Source of the DNA: Emiliania huxleyi CCMP1516
Taxonomy: Eukaryota
Length of the DNA: 64,000 nt
Direction of reading: 5' to 3'
Assembly: GCF_000372725.1 (NCBI RefSeq)
Contig: NW_005201392.1
Span: 863,620 to 927,619, forward strand
A program made the translations under genes and the position numbers. Shown in pieces: positions 12,799-25,059 of this stretch; positions within the stretch are counted from its first letter, which is position 1, and every line of letters begins with the position of its first letter. The notes under the pieces were generated by a model, which saw nothing but the letters and a program-made list of their open reading frames with translations, searched no databases and had not been told where the DNA came from.

Positions 12799-15700
12799 TC
12801 ACATCTCCACCTGCTTCATCTCCTCGACCGTGTAGCCGCGCAGCTTGAGCTCCTCCTTCCGCTTGCGGTACAGCACCAGCCGCAGGATCACCAGCCCGAC
12901 GGCGACGCCCGAGCAGACGCCCGCGCCAACCATCACGAGCGAGTACCCCTTGCGCGGGATCGCCACGCCCGCCTCGTTGGCCGCCTCCAGGATCGTGGCG
13001 AGGGAGAGGCCGACACCGCAGTCGCCGGCGTCGTACGCGCACGAGGTGATGTTGCAGCGGAGGTCGCACCGCCCGTTCCCGAGGATGTTTGCGCAGTCGA
13101 CGGGGCACTGGTTGCGATAATCCATCACGGAGTTGGCGCTCGACTCGCACTTGTCCGACGGCGGCGGTACGGAGCAGAGCTCCCAGCGCGCGCCCCCGAT
13201 GGTGTAGCACCACGGCCCAATCTCCTCCGAGCCCGGGTTTCGGCAAAAGTTGTGCCCTCCGAGCCCAAAGGTTGGAAAGGCGAGGACAGTCTTGGTGTGC
13301 GCGTTGGGCGTCTGGTGCGACCAGACCTGGCACTGGTGGCCCGCCGCCGAGACCGCCACGTGGCCGCGATAGTCGATCCCGCGGCTGTCCGTGTAGCACT
13401 CGTCCGCCTCGTGCGAGCAGTCGTGCCCGTCCCAGCCGCACGCCTCGTTGTTGCACTGCTCGTCGCACTCGTCGTCGTCGATCCAGTTGGGCATGCAGCC
13501 GTCGGCGCACCCGCTGTCGGCGGTGCAGTCGGTGCCGTCCCACTGGCACGCCGAGTTGTAGCACGCCTCATCGCAGTAGCCGTCGCCGATCCACGCCACC
13601 GGGCACGCGGTGGCGCAGTTGTCCTCAAAGCCGTACCCGCCGTCGTAGCCGCAGTCGCCGCCGTCCCACACGCACTCGGTCGTGTTGCAGGCGATGTCGC
13701 ACTCGGCGTTGCCGAGGCGCAGGTCGTCGCAGCCCGGAGAGCACGAGGTGGCCACAAAGTCGTCGTAGTCCATCATGTCGCCGCCCGCGACGGCGTCGGC
13801 CGCGTCCTGCGTGTAGTTGTACAGGAAGAGCTTGAAGTCGCCCTCCTCGAAGCCCGAAACGCCGATGTGCAGCTTGCACTCCTCCTCGTCGGTAAGCGGC
13901 GGTGGCGGCGGTGGCGGGGGCGGCCGGGGAGGCACGCTGCAAAAGCCGCAGGTGTAGTCGCACAGCCCTGCCAGAGGGGGCGAGGGGTGTAAGGGTGGCA
14001 CGGGCGAGAGCGCCGGTGGGGGCGGCTAGGAGGTGTCTGGGAGGCGTCCGAGAGGCGTCTAGTCTCCGAGGTGCCTGGCAGCAGGCAGCTCGGGCAGAGC
14101 AGCGTCTCGCACACGCTGAGGTGCGAGGGGCAGTACCCGGGCGTCGCCGCGTCGACGCACTCCTCGGTGGCGGCGACGGTAGTGGCGGCGGTGAGCGTGG
14201 CGCGCTGCGGGCGGAGGGGCGAGGTGAATCGAGGGGAGGGGAGGGGAGGAGGGAAAAGGGACGGCGACCTGCTGCCGCCCGTCGAAGTCCTCGCTCGGCT
14301 TCCGGCCGCAAAAGAACTCGGAGGAGGCGGGCAGCGTGAACTGCTTGACGCCGACCGACTCGTCGAGCCACCTGAGCACGAGCAGCCAGCGCAGTGAGGA
14401 GACGCCGGTCACACACCCAGAGGCGAGTCGGGCAGCGAGGAAGTGATTGCGGGGGTTGCGGCGGCAGCGGGGAGGGGGTTGTGGTCGCACGTGGCGGAGG
14501 AGCGTGTGGGACGCGGCTCGCTGAAGGAGAGGAGGAGGTCGGCGTCTCCCTGGATCGGCAGCAGCACCACCTAGTCTCGCGCCCCGTCGGGGTCACACCT
14601 CGGGCCTGCTCGGAGGCCGGTACCGGCGGCGGCGGCGGAGGCGGCGGCGAGGGCGGCGGCGGCGAGGGCGGTGGTGGCGAGGGCGGCGGCGGCGAGGGCG
14701 GTGGTGGCGAGGGCGGCGGCGGCGAGGGCGGCGGGGAGGGGGCGGCGGGGAGGGGGCGGTGGCGGCGGGGAGGGGTGCGGCGCGCCTTTACGCCCTGCAT
14801 GCTGGGCGGCACGTTCGCGACGTAGTAGAGCACCTCGAGCTCCTTGACGTGGCCGTTTGCCCTGCGCGGACGCACCCGCGGCGAGGGGGCTGGTGAGGGG
14901 AGAGGCGCGGGAGATGCAGCCTCGGGCGGCCTCGGGCGATGCGACCTCGGCCGATCTCGGGCGATGCGACCTCGGCCGATCTCGGCCGATCTCGGGCGAT
15001 GCGATCTCGGCTGATCTCGGGCGATGCGATCTCGGCTGATCTCGGGCGATGCGATCTCGGCTGATCTCTGGCGATGCGATCTCGGCCGATCTCGGCGGCG
15101 CATCACCCCTCGCGCAGCTTGAGCGGGATGAGGCCGTCCGCGCGGGTCTGCGCCGAGCTGAGCAGGCTCGGCTCGCTCGCGTCGCATCTGTGGCCGTGCG
15201 GGGTGGGCGAGAGGCAGGCTGAGGAGGGGGGGCGTGCGAGGAGAGCACCCCCGGAAGAGGGGGGGGGGGGGGGGGGATAGGGGGGGAGGCCTCAGGCCCC
15301 CGGGGGGCGTGGGTGGGGGTGGTGGGGGGAGGGAGGAGGGTGTGTCGTGGGCGTCTCACGCTCGCTCGCTCGCTCGCTCTCCCTCCCTCCCTCCCTCTCT
15401 CCCCTCCTTCCCTCCCTCTCTCCCCGCCCTCCCCCTCCCTCTCCCTCTCCCTCCAGCGCTCACTTCTCCGGCTGCCCAACGTCGCACTCCTCCCACTCCA
15501 CCTCTGGGTAGTCGGTCGTGTAGCACCACGGCCCAGTCCTGCGTGGGGAGACGTGAAGAGAGGGGGGGGGATGGGGGGAGATATGGGGAGATATGGGTAG
15601 TCGGCCGTGCAGCACCACAGCCCAGTCCTGCGCCACGCCAGCTCACACACCCATCAGACAGCGCGGCAGCGCGCAGTCTTGTGTCGCAGCACCGCACGCT

Positions 15701-17387
15701 AGCACGGGCCACGCAGACCGCGAACACGGCGAATGCGGCGGAAGGCGGCCGAGCACACTGTTGGGTACGTGCCGCCCCTCCCTCGAGTGCTGTGTGAGGA
15801 CACACCGGTGCGAGAACACACACCGGCCTGTGCTGCCGCAGCTCACGCCTCCGCATCTACGCGCCTGTGCTCTCGGCCGGTGGGGTTGCGGCAGTAGTTG
15901 TGCCCACCTGCGGGGGAGATGTGGGGAGATGTGGGGAGATGTGGGGAGATGTGGGGAGATGTGGGGAGATGTGGGGAGGTGTGGGGAGATGTGGGGAGAT
16001 GTGGGGAGAGGTGGGGAGGTGTGGGGAGGTGTGGGGAGGTGTGGGGAGGTGCGGGGAGGTGTGGGGAGGTGTGGGGAACGTGTGGGGAAGGTGTGGGGAG
16101 GTGTGGGGACGGTGTGGGGAGGGTGTGGGGAGATGTGGGCAGTTGTTACCGAGCCTCTGACAGCGCTAGCGAAATCTTAGCCATCGTCCAGGTACTGAGA
16201 GTGTGTAGAGCTTACATTGAGGCTTTGGATTTGTTGGGTTGNNNNNNNNNNNNNNNNNNNNNNNNNNNNNNNNNNNNNNNNNNNNNNNNNNNNNNNNNNN
16301 NNNNNNNNNNNNNNNNNNNNNNNNNNNNNNNNNNNNNNNNNNNNNNNNNNNNNNNNNNNNNNNNNNNNNNNNNNNNNNNNNNNNNNNNNNNNNNNNNNNN
16401 NNNNNNNNNNNNNNNNNNNNNNNNNNNNNNNNNNNNNNNNNNNNNNNNNNNNNNNNNNNNNNNNNNNNNNNNNNNNNNNNNNNNNNNNNNNNNNNNNNNN
16501 NNNNNNNNNNNNNNNNNNNNNNNNNNNNNNNNNNNNNNNNNNNNNNNNNNNNNNNNNNNNNNNNNNNNNNNNNNNNNNNNNNNNNNNNNNNNNNNNNNNN
16601 NNNNNNNNNNNNNNNNNNNNNNNNNNNNNNNNNNNNNNNNNNNNNNNNNNNNNNNNNNNNNNNNNNNNNNNNNNNNNNNNNNNNNNNNNNNNNNNNNNNN
16701 NNNNGAGGGGGGGGGGGCGGGCGGTGTGGCTAGTCTGAGCGAGCAATTCGTCTTTGGGAGCAGGTAGTCTCGGCACGCAAAGCAGCCGGGCTGCGCCCGT
16801 CTGCAGCCAGGGCGCTGTGAGAGCCTCCCTGCAGCCAGGCCACTCTGTGCGACCTCCTCTCCCTCTGCGAGGCAGGTGCGCGCCCTACAGGTGCAAGCGG
16901 CGTCCACCTGGCAGGTCCTCCCGGACTTGGTGTGGTCAACCTTGCCGCGGTAGTCAGCGCCATTCGGCTGCTCGAAGCACTCGCTCGCGTCGTGGAAGCA
17001 GTCCCGGCCCTGCGCGAGGCGCGGGAGCCGCAGCACGCGTGCTGAGTGGCCGCGCGTGGTGCGTGTGCCAGAGAGTGGCTTACGCTGGCGGGATGGCGCC
17101 GAGCGGGGAGCGGGCACGCACATCCCAGTGGCAAGCCTCGATGTTGCACTCCAGGTCGCACGCGCCGTCGTCTATCCACTGCGCACGAGGGAGACCGGGT
17201 GCAGCTCACGGGCGTGCCCAGAGGGCGGGCAGGCCCAGTGCGGTGTGGCAGGACAGGGCCACGCCTCGTTGGGACAGTTGTACACGCAGTTGTCCTCCCA
17301 CTGCAGCTGACGCGGATCCGTCGGCGTCACCGCCGCAGCAGTGTCGGCCGCGGATACTACGGCTGCTGGAGCTAGCGACAGCAGCAT
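12799..17387 (-). CDS. Type I membrane protein: signal peptide, LNR, kringle, PPC-like/ShK-like region, 3xLNR, kringle, LNR, TM; spans the assembly gap
   Basis: LNR pattern (GDGYCDEACYNSACQWDGTDC) x5; kringle motifs DYRG, NFCRNP, GPWCYT; TM YSLVMVGAGVCSGVAVGLVIL followed by RKRK. Confidence 0.75.
15911..16140. repeat. 10-bp minisatellite (GGGGAGATGT/GGGGAGGTGT)n, intronic
   Basis: More than 20 tandem copies next to the N gap. Confidence 0.95.
16242..16704. other. Assembly gap (N run)
   Basis: Run of n characters. Confidence 1.
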
Positions 17388-18539
17388 CCGTGATTTAGCT
17401 TCTGTTCTCGTGGCGAAGCGAGCGCCGTTGCCTAGGCTAGTTTTGAGAAAAAATAAACTACTCAGCGGAGCTGGGAATAGGACCGCCGCAAGCGGCGTGG
17501 CGTGGCAACCCCGGGCCCCGAAATAGCACAGTGACAGTCAGACATGCAACACGGGGACCCAGGGAAGGCGAGCAAAAACCTTATCGCGCGCGCTAGACGC
17601 CGACTCGGAGGCCCGCACCGGTCAGGCGCGCAGCCGGAGAGAGAGGGAGGCGCTCAATCGCCGAACTCGGCGAGCGCCTCCAGCGTCTCCGCTTCGTACG
17701 CACCCTCCTCCCAGCAATTGAGCGCCTCCTCCACCCCCGCGCCTGCGCCCGCAGCGTCCGTGCCCGCGAGGATGGCGCGGCGACGCGCTCCCTCTGCCGA
17801 GCCGCCTTCGCCTCCGCAAGCCCCCAGAAATGATGTCTATGTTCATTTGTAGGGATCCCTAGGTCTAGTTTTGAAAAAGAGAATTTTCGCGTCCCAGGGA
17901 CGCTCCACTCTACCTTAAGCTCCTGAGGGGCGCGTGGTTTTAACCACGTAGTATGACTACAGCCCACCCCAGACACCCTCCCTCTCCACACGTGTGCACA
18001 CACCCTCACCCTCACCCTCACCCCTCTCCTCTCTCTCTCTCTCTCCTCTCTCTCCTCTCCTTGTCTGTGCTGTCTGCCTGACTCAGGCACTAATTCTGCC
18101 GATGCGTGATTGTGTGTGGGCTGCTCCGAGGGGGCCCTGTGCGATCCGATGGGTAGGGAGTCTGTGCCCGGGCGGTGTCCGGTGCGGAGTCTCTCTCTGA
18201 TCCCACCTGTGGTGTTGGGTGTGAGGTCGTGGAAGCTTCGATCCCAAGGGGGGGAGCCGAGCCCACTCATAACCAACTCTCAGGGGCAGTAGGTGGGCGA
18301 GCCTCGAGCGCGCTCATCTCGATCGTCAAGGCGTCGCTACGCGCGGTCTTCCGCGGGGGGGGCTTCGTCGACGGGTGTGCGGGATCGCGGCGCAGTCAGT
18401 GCCGTGGCGATGCCTTCGGCTGTTTGCGGCGGGCGGCTTGCTGCTCGCTGCATGGCGAAAAACTCGTCTCGCCGCACACCAAGGGCTTATGCTCTGGCGA
18501 GATGTGAGGCGCATGCGCCCAGGAGGGGAGGGCGCATGC

Positions 18540-18647
18540 GTAACGACGCTGCTAGAGATGCCTTTCGGGGCCCAGAGATAATACTTCTGATGCCATGCAT
18601 GACCTAGTAGTGTCCCCAGCTATGGACGTGTCCACGTTGGAGCCAGG
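18540..18647 (+). repeat. Dispersed repeat, copy 1 (copy 2 at about 44001-44127)
   Basis: taacgacgct...ctagagatgcctttcggggcccagagataa...tagtagtgtccccagctatgg...gtgtccacgttgga occurs at both loci. Confidence 0.85.
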
Positions 18648-18948
18648 TGTGGTGTGGGCGCGAGAATAGCTCCGCCGTTCATGGAGGCAACCGATACGAG
18701 TCGACTGGTGTGTGTCGTCGTGGTTTCGTATCAAGAATACTCACTCACTCACAAAACGCGGCTCGCCGGCCTGCGCGCCGCGCCAGCGTGCGTCCACGTC
18801 GCCGCCAAATTTTTTTTCTATTCATTCAGAGACTATGGAAAGTTCACGCCATGGCCCATTTCCTTTTCCTTTCTTTTTTTGGGCCCTGTGGGCACCCTGC
18901 CCTGCCCCCTTCTCGTGGCGATTACAGTTCACCGTTGCGACGCGTTAG

Positions 18949-19338
18949 GTCACGACGGAGAATCAGCAGCCCATCAGCTCCGTGACCGTCACCCCGGATA
19001 CCAAGAGCAAGCCTTCCAAGGCGAAGAAGTATCTCAAAAACTTCGAGATCTGGGTCGGCAAGAAGGCTGGAGAAAAGGCGGTGAAGTGCGGCGGACCATT
19101 TGCCTGGTCAAAAATCAAGAAGGGGCCAGTCACGGCGCCGTGCGACGCTGCCAAGTCCAAGCGCGTCTGCCACCCTTCCCACCGCCACGCCTCAATCCCG
19201 ACTAGTTCCCGTGACGATGGGCTGCCTGGGAAGCAAGCGCCCCCTCCCCCCCCCCCCCCGACCAGGCACCGCTACGTGACTATCATTCTCCCCGGCAAGA
19301 AGAAAACGCTCGCGTTTGGCGAGATAGAGGTGCGGTAG
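18949..19338 (+). pseudogene. F-type lectin/F5-8C (discoidin-like) domain fragment, two exons; 5' part not identified
   Basis: PISSVTVT...YLKNFEIWVG...C...C...RYVTIILPGKKKTLAFGEIEV matches the fucolectin C-terminal pattern. Upstream region is interrupted by repeats. Confidence 0.45.
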
Positions 19339-19849
19339 TTGGGAGGCCTAGACTGCCAGCCTTCACACACAGGCACAACCCCAGCCTTCAACGGCAAGTT
19401 CCTGAACTCTCCTTTTCAGACGGTTTCTCGTCTGTGCAAGTTCGCTGTGAGTCTGACATATCTCGCGCTGCCATAAGAGCCGGAAGAGAGGGGCGGAGAG
19501 CGGGAGAGAGCTTTTTGATGATGAAATACATGCAATGTAGCACTTACCGCTACTGTACGCGCGGCGCGCATCCCCCTCTCTTGCCCTCCACGGCCGCTGA
19601 GCGGCGCAACGCAAAATGCCTCCCCGTCGCGCGCGCTAGCGGCTCGGCGAGTCGGCCGTCACCCGAGCAAGCGGGCGACTGTGGGCGACGGAGCCGCTGC
19701 GCCGTCGGGGCGACGGCTGCGGCGGCGATGGCGGCAGCGGGCCGGGCGGCTGCGGCGGCGGTGGCGGTGGTGGTAAGGGCGGCGGCAGCGCGGGCGGGGC
19801 AGCGCTCATGGGGCACAAGAAAGAGGCTGCACGGCCTGTGTACGGTCTG

Positions 19850-20115
19850 TGCTGCTCAGGTGCTGCTGTCGGGCTGGTCGGGCTGTCGGGCTGTCAGCGC
19901 TGCTGTCAGGCCACTGTGAGCTGTCGGGCTGTCGGGCAGCTGTCAGGCTGTCACGTTAGGGCCTGACAGCGACGGGTCGCCTCTGATGTCAGGCTCTGCT
20001 GTCAGGCTGTCAGATACGTGCTGTCAGACTGTCGGAGAAAGTGCTGTCAGCGCTGTCAGGCTGTCGGGCACTGTCAGGCGCTGTCCGGGGTTTGCTGTCA
20101 GGCTGCCAGACCAGG
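19850..20115. repeat. Degenerate (GCTGTCAG/GCTGTCGG) short-unit array, possibly transposon subterminal repeats
   Basis: Many ctgtca/ctgtcg copies. Confidence 0.7.
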
Positions 20116-20579
20116 GCTCAGACGCTGCCACGTTCGGCCGTGCCCCGGGAGGGGCGCGGTCGACACCAGAAGGGGGTCGTATACGTTCTCTAGAGACGAC
20201 GTAGTCGGGGACGTCCGCAATGGTATCACAATGGGGACGGACACGACGGGGCGAGGTGTGAAAGCACAGAGGCAACCAACACACACTAGGGTTCGGGATC
20301 GATCGGGAGAATGCTAGGGTTAGGGAGAGAGTGCCTGACGGGCTTCGGCCCGACGCGCCCTACACAGAGAAATTCTGAGGTAGAGGAGCAGGAGTTTTGC
20401 AAAACGTGTGAGACCGCGTACAAACGCTGCTGTGCATCAAGCGCTGAGAGCTACATCCACGCGCACCGGTGTCTTATTTTAGTCCATGGGGTGTAATGCA
20501 CAGATGGGTGGGTGGGCGGTTGGGCCCCTTCGCTGGTGCCTGTCACTAGGGCTAATGGCTGCCTCACTGTGGCGCTGGC

Positions 20580-20588
20580 GCTGCCTCG

Positions 20589-20621
<33 letters not shown>

Positions 20622-20830
20622 TCACTCGCAGGGTCCCGCGCTGACATTGTCACCGCCTGTCGCTGGCGTTCACTGGCTTCACTGTCACTGTCACTATGGC
20701 TGTCACTGTTCCTGGGTGCCTTTCACTCCTCCCTGGCAGCTGGCTGTCACCAGCTGTCACCAGCTGTCACCAGCTGTCACCAGCTGTCACCAGCTGTCAC
20801 CAGCTGTCACCAGCTGTCACCAGCTGTCGT
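20580..20830. repeat. (CTGTCG)n and (CAGCTGTCAC)n tandem arrays
   Basis: About 8 copies of cagctgtcac at about 20741-20828. Confidence 0.9.
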
Positions 20831-21215
20831 TGCTGCTGTCGTTTCGCAGCCGCTGTCACGCACGACATATTGACCACGTCGCGGCCGTTAACAGCCGTTT
20901 TAACCGTCATGACGTGAACTTTCCATAGTCTCTCAGACCTGAAAAATCTCTCTCTCTCTCTCAGACCTTCGAGTTCACGGGTGGAACTGGTGAACTGTGG
21001 TTCATGAACTGGTTGATTGAGATGAGAGAGATTTTTAGCAGTGTTTTGTTGAGATGATGCTACGATTGCGAGGAGTGTGTCGCTGACAATCCTTCGACTT
21101 CTCAGCTGGACTTGTAGGATTGCGAGCGAGGCTGCTTGCCAAGTTCAAAAGAAGGCTTCGCACCTAAAGCCCGGGAAAAGAAAACAGGTGTGCAAACACG
21201 TCGTGTCCTGTCCAC

Positions 21216-24200
21216 ATGCGCGGCGCGCCGGCAGAGGCCCCGCCAGAGTACGCCTCACCAGGCGCGGGCGAGGCGCTCGAGCGGGACCACGCGCGAGCGG
21301 TCGCGGCGGCGGCTCTACTGGAGCCGGCGGCGGCGGCCGGAGCGCCGCGCGCTCCCGCCGCCTCAGTGCACCGCGCGGCGGCCGCCGGGCACAGCTGGTT
21401 GCGACGGCTGCCAGCGACGCCGCACGCCGCGACGACAGTCGAGCCGGCGCTGCTGGCGTGCGTGCGGCCGCCGGCGGTAGAGTACGAGCCTGCCATCCCG
21501 CGCCGCCTCGCCCGCGCCGGCGCCCTCTCCGACCTCCAGCTCGAGGCGGTCCTTGCCATCGGCCGCACGCACAGCACGCTGCTCCCCGCGCCCGCGTCCG
21601 GCGGGTGCGCGGCGTCCACCTCGGGATCGCCCAGCGACGGCGCGGCGGGCTGCCAGGGCGTCCGCGCCGGCTTCCTCCTCGCTGACGGCCCCGGCGTCGG
21701 GAAAGGGCGGACGCAGGCGGCCTGCGATTGAGAGGTGGTCGATGAGAGGGAGGACCGAGAGGGAGTGAGAGGTGACATTGTTCGCAGGCGGCCGCGATCC
21801 TCGACGCCTGGCTCCACGGTCACCAGCGAGCGGTCTGGGTGTCGGCGTCGGCGGACTTGCACGCAGACGCCGTGCGCGACTTGCGCGCCGTGTGCTCTGC
21901 CACGCCGGGCATGCCGCAGCTGCACAAGCTCGTCACCCCGCTCTCCTCTGTCGCCGCCTCTGCGCCAATCCCGGCGCGAGCACCGCCCTCCACTCGCACC
22001 ACCTCGGAGCCGTCCCTCAGACCTTCTCGTACGCCCCCTCGCGCAGGCGCCGATCGGCGTCGTCTTTTCGTCGTACGCGCTGCTCGCGCGGCCAGCGCGG
22101 CTCGCCCAGCTCCTCGCGTGGTGCCAGGGCGGCGGGCGGCGCGGCGGCCGGCAGAGCGGTGCGCGCCCCTTTGAGGGCGTCGTGTGCCTCGACGAGTGCC
22201 ACCGCGCCAAGGCGGCGACCGCCACCGGCATGGGGACGGTGAGATTACCCGAGAATTCCCGAGATGACCCGAGATTAGCTCTTTGCCACCGGCATGGGGA
22301 CGGTGAGATTACCCGAGAATTCCCGAGATGACCCGAGATTAGCTCTTTGCCACCGGCATGGGGACGGTGAGATTACCCGAGAATTCCCGAGATGACCCGA
22401 GATTAGCTCTTTGCCACCGGCATGGGGACGGTGAGATTACCCGAGAATTCCCGAGATGACCCGAGATTAGCTCTTTGCCACCGGCATGGGGACGGTGAGA
22501 TTACCCGAGAATTCCCGAGATGACCCGAGATTAGCTCTTTGCCACCGGCATGGGGACGGTGAGATTACCCGAGAATTCCCGAGATGACCCGAGATTAGCT
22601 CTTTGCCACCGGCATGGGGACGGTGAGATTACCCGAGAATTCCCGAGATGACCCGAGATTAGCTCTTTGCCACCGGCATGGGGACGGTGCGGCACCACGC
22701 GAGAAAAGAAGCAGCACGCCTCTAACTCCGCGACAGCTTCCGCAGCTTGCCCCCCCCCCCCCTCCCCTCCCCCCCCCCTCCCCCCTTCCACCACCACCAC
22801 CAAGCCCCTTCTCGCGGCCGCTGCGTTGTGGCACTCCTGCTAAGTGCCCGCACCGCACCCACTCCGCCCGCGCCGCCACGGCCACAAACACACCGCCCAC
22901 CGACACGTCTGCTGACGCGTCCGCGACGCGCCCTCCTCCCCTGCGCACAAAGAATTCTGTTCTCCTCCCCTGCGCACAGGCGGTGCTGCGCATGCAGGCT
23001 GAGCTCCCGCTGGGCCGTCTCATCTATGCGTCCGCCACCGCCGCGACCGAGCTGCAAAACATGGCTCCCACAACTCACGGGCGGCTTCGGCCTGTGAAAG
23101 ACGAGATGTGAGTTGTGAGTTCTGACGCCGTTCACTTAGGCCTACCTGGTGCGACTCGGGCTGTGGGGGCGGGGCACCATAGAAGCGGAGTCCGCAGTCT
23201 TGTCTCCGAACCAGCACTCGAGAGGACACGCCGCCGCACATTCGACCGCACTCCGCTGTATTCACTGTACTCGCACCCCTCGTATTCGCGCGCTGCTCTG
23301 AATCCCCTGCGCATGACCGCTGCTCTGAATCCTCTGCGCATGACCGGACTCTGACCTGCGCATGACCGGACTCTTTGCCCTGAGGCTGGCGTCTTCACCG
23401 CGTAGGCCGGGCACCGGCTTCGCTTCCTTCGGCGCTTTCCGCTCCGAGATGACCGCGGCGGGGCCGGCGGCGCAGGAGCTGCTACCGCTGCACCTCAAGG
23501 TGGGGACACGTTTCCGAGACTCTTCCGAGACATCTCCGGGACACTTCCGAGACACCCCCGAGACAACCGCCCGAGTTTCCCTGCTGCCGCCTCTCCTCCC
23601 CGCCGCTTCTCTCCTCCCCGCCCTCACCGCCGCCGCCCTCACCGCCGCCGCCCTCACCGCCGCCGCCGCTTGCGCCGCAGGCCACGGGGCGGCTTGTTTC
23701 CCGGCTCATCTCGTTTGAGGGCGTCCCGATCACGGTCGCGACGCACACGCTTTCCGCCGCGCAGCGCGCCGAGTACGACGCCGCCGCCCGCTTCTGGCTC
23801 GAGAGATAGCCGAGAGACACCCGAGAGACAGCCGGGGTACAGCCGAGAGATGGCCGGGAGATGGCCGGGAGATAGCCAAATGGCTGGAGATGGCCGGGAG
23901 ATGGCCGGGAGATGGCCGAGAGCTTCGAGCCAGTACCCGAGGCTCGACCTTGAGGCCTCCGAGAGCAGTGGCACTCGCAGGCCCCGCTTCTACACACAGT
24001 CGGATGCGTGAGCAGGCTCGATCTCGCCGCGGAGCTCCGCGCGCGCGCGCCCCGCCTGCCCGCCTCTGCCACGTCTCGCTTCTGGTCTGCCCACCAGCGC
24101 TTCTTCCGGCTGCTCGTCACGGCGGCCAAGCTGCCGACTCTCTTTGGCGCGAGAGACCGCCGAGATGCACCGCCGAGATACAGCCGAGATACAGCCGAGA

Positions 24201-25028
24201 TACAGCCGAGATACACCGCCGAGATACAGCAGAGATACAGCAGAGATACAGCCGAGATACAGCTGAAAGCTCGAGTCGCACGGCGGGGGGCCCCCCAGCC
24301 CCCCCCCACCACCAAACACACACACCCCCCCACGCCCCCCCCCACGCCCCCCCCCCCCCACACACACACACGCGCCCACGTGTCTCCTCCTCCGCAGGCG
24401 CGCCTCTCGGCAAAGGGCGTGCCAGCCGTCGAGCTCTCTGGGCGGCACGAGGCGGCGCCACTGCGGGCGGCCTCGCGGGAGCGCTTCCAGTCCGGCGAGG
24501 CGCGCGTGCCTAGAGAATGAAGGGGCGTGCCCTGCCCTTTCGCCACCGACTCGAGGAGACACATAGTTCGACGCGAGTCGTGCCAGTCCGTGGACCACGT
24601 GGCATGCTAGACCTGCATGCTATACCTGAGCCTCTGCCACACCGTAGGCGCGCGTCGCAGTCATTTCGGATGCGGCCTCGACGGGCGTCTCGCTGCACTG
24701 CCCGCCCGCCACCGAGGGCGTGCCCGTGCGGCCGCGCTTGCACGTCACGCTCGAGCTCAACTGGTCCGCCGATCGGCAGCTGCAGCAGCTCGGCCGGACG
24801 CACCGCACCGGCCAGGCCGTGCCGCCCGAACACATCCTCATCGTTACGGACGTCGGCGGCGAGCGCCGGTTCGTGTCGACGGTAGCGCGGCGCCTCCGCT
24901 CGCTCGGCGCGCTCTCGGGCGGTTCCGTCGGCGGCACCGGCGCTTGCCACAGCGCAACTTCTGCCACGGCCGCCGCCGCCGCTGGCGGCGGCGGCGACGC
25001 GGAGGGCGGCGGCGGTGCTTGCGACGGT

Positions 25029-25059
<31 letters not shown>

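Noticed and set aside
12589..13992. Long antisense or shadow ORFs (also 7344-8717, 28730-30649, 5497-6654)
   Set aside because: Expected in high-GC coding DNA; they overlap well-supported genes on the other strand and have no motifs.
15898..17123. ORFs crossing the N run
   Set aside because: Artefacts of the gap and the minisatellite.
17653..17827. Possible terminal exon on minus (…EEALNCWEEGAYEAETLEALAEFGD*)
   Set aside because: No upstream exons or recognisable domain.
20124..20140. 17-bp motif gctgccacgttcggccg with an inverted match near 56454-56470
   Set aside because: Too short and too distant to define an element; probably a fragment of a dispersed repeat.
20314..20325. Telomere-like TTAGGG
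   Set aside because: Fewer than two full copies; could be chance.
22221..22689. CRISPR-like array
   Set aside because: Units are fully identical with no unique spacers, the context is eukaryotic, and there are no cas genes.
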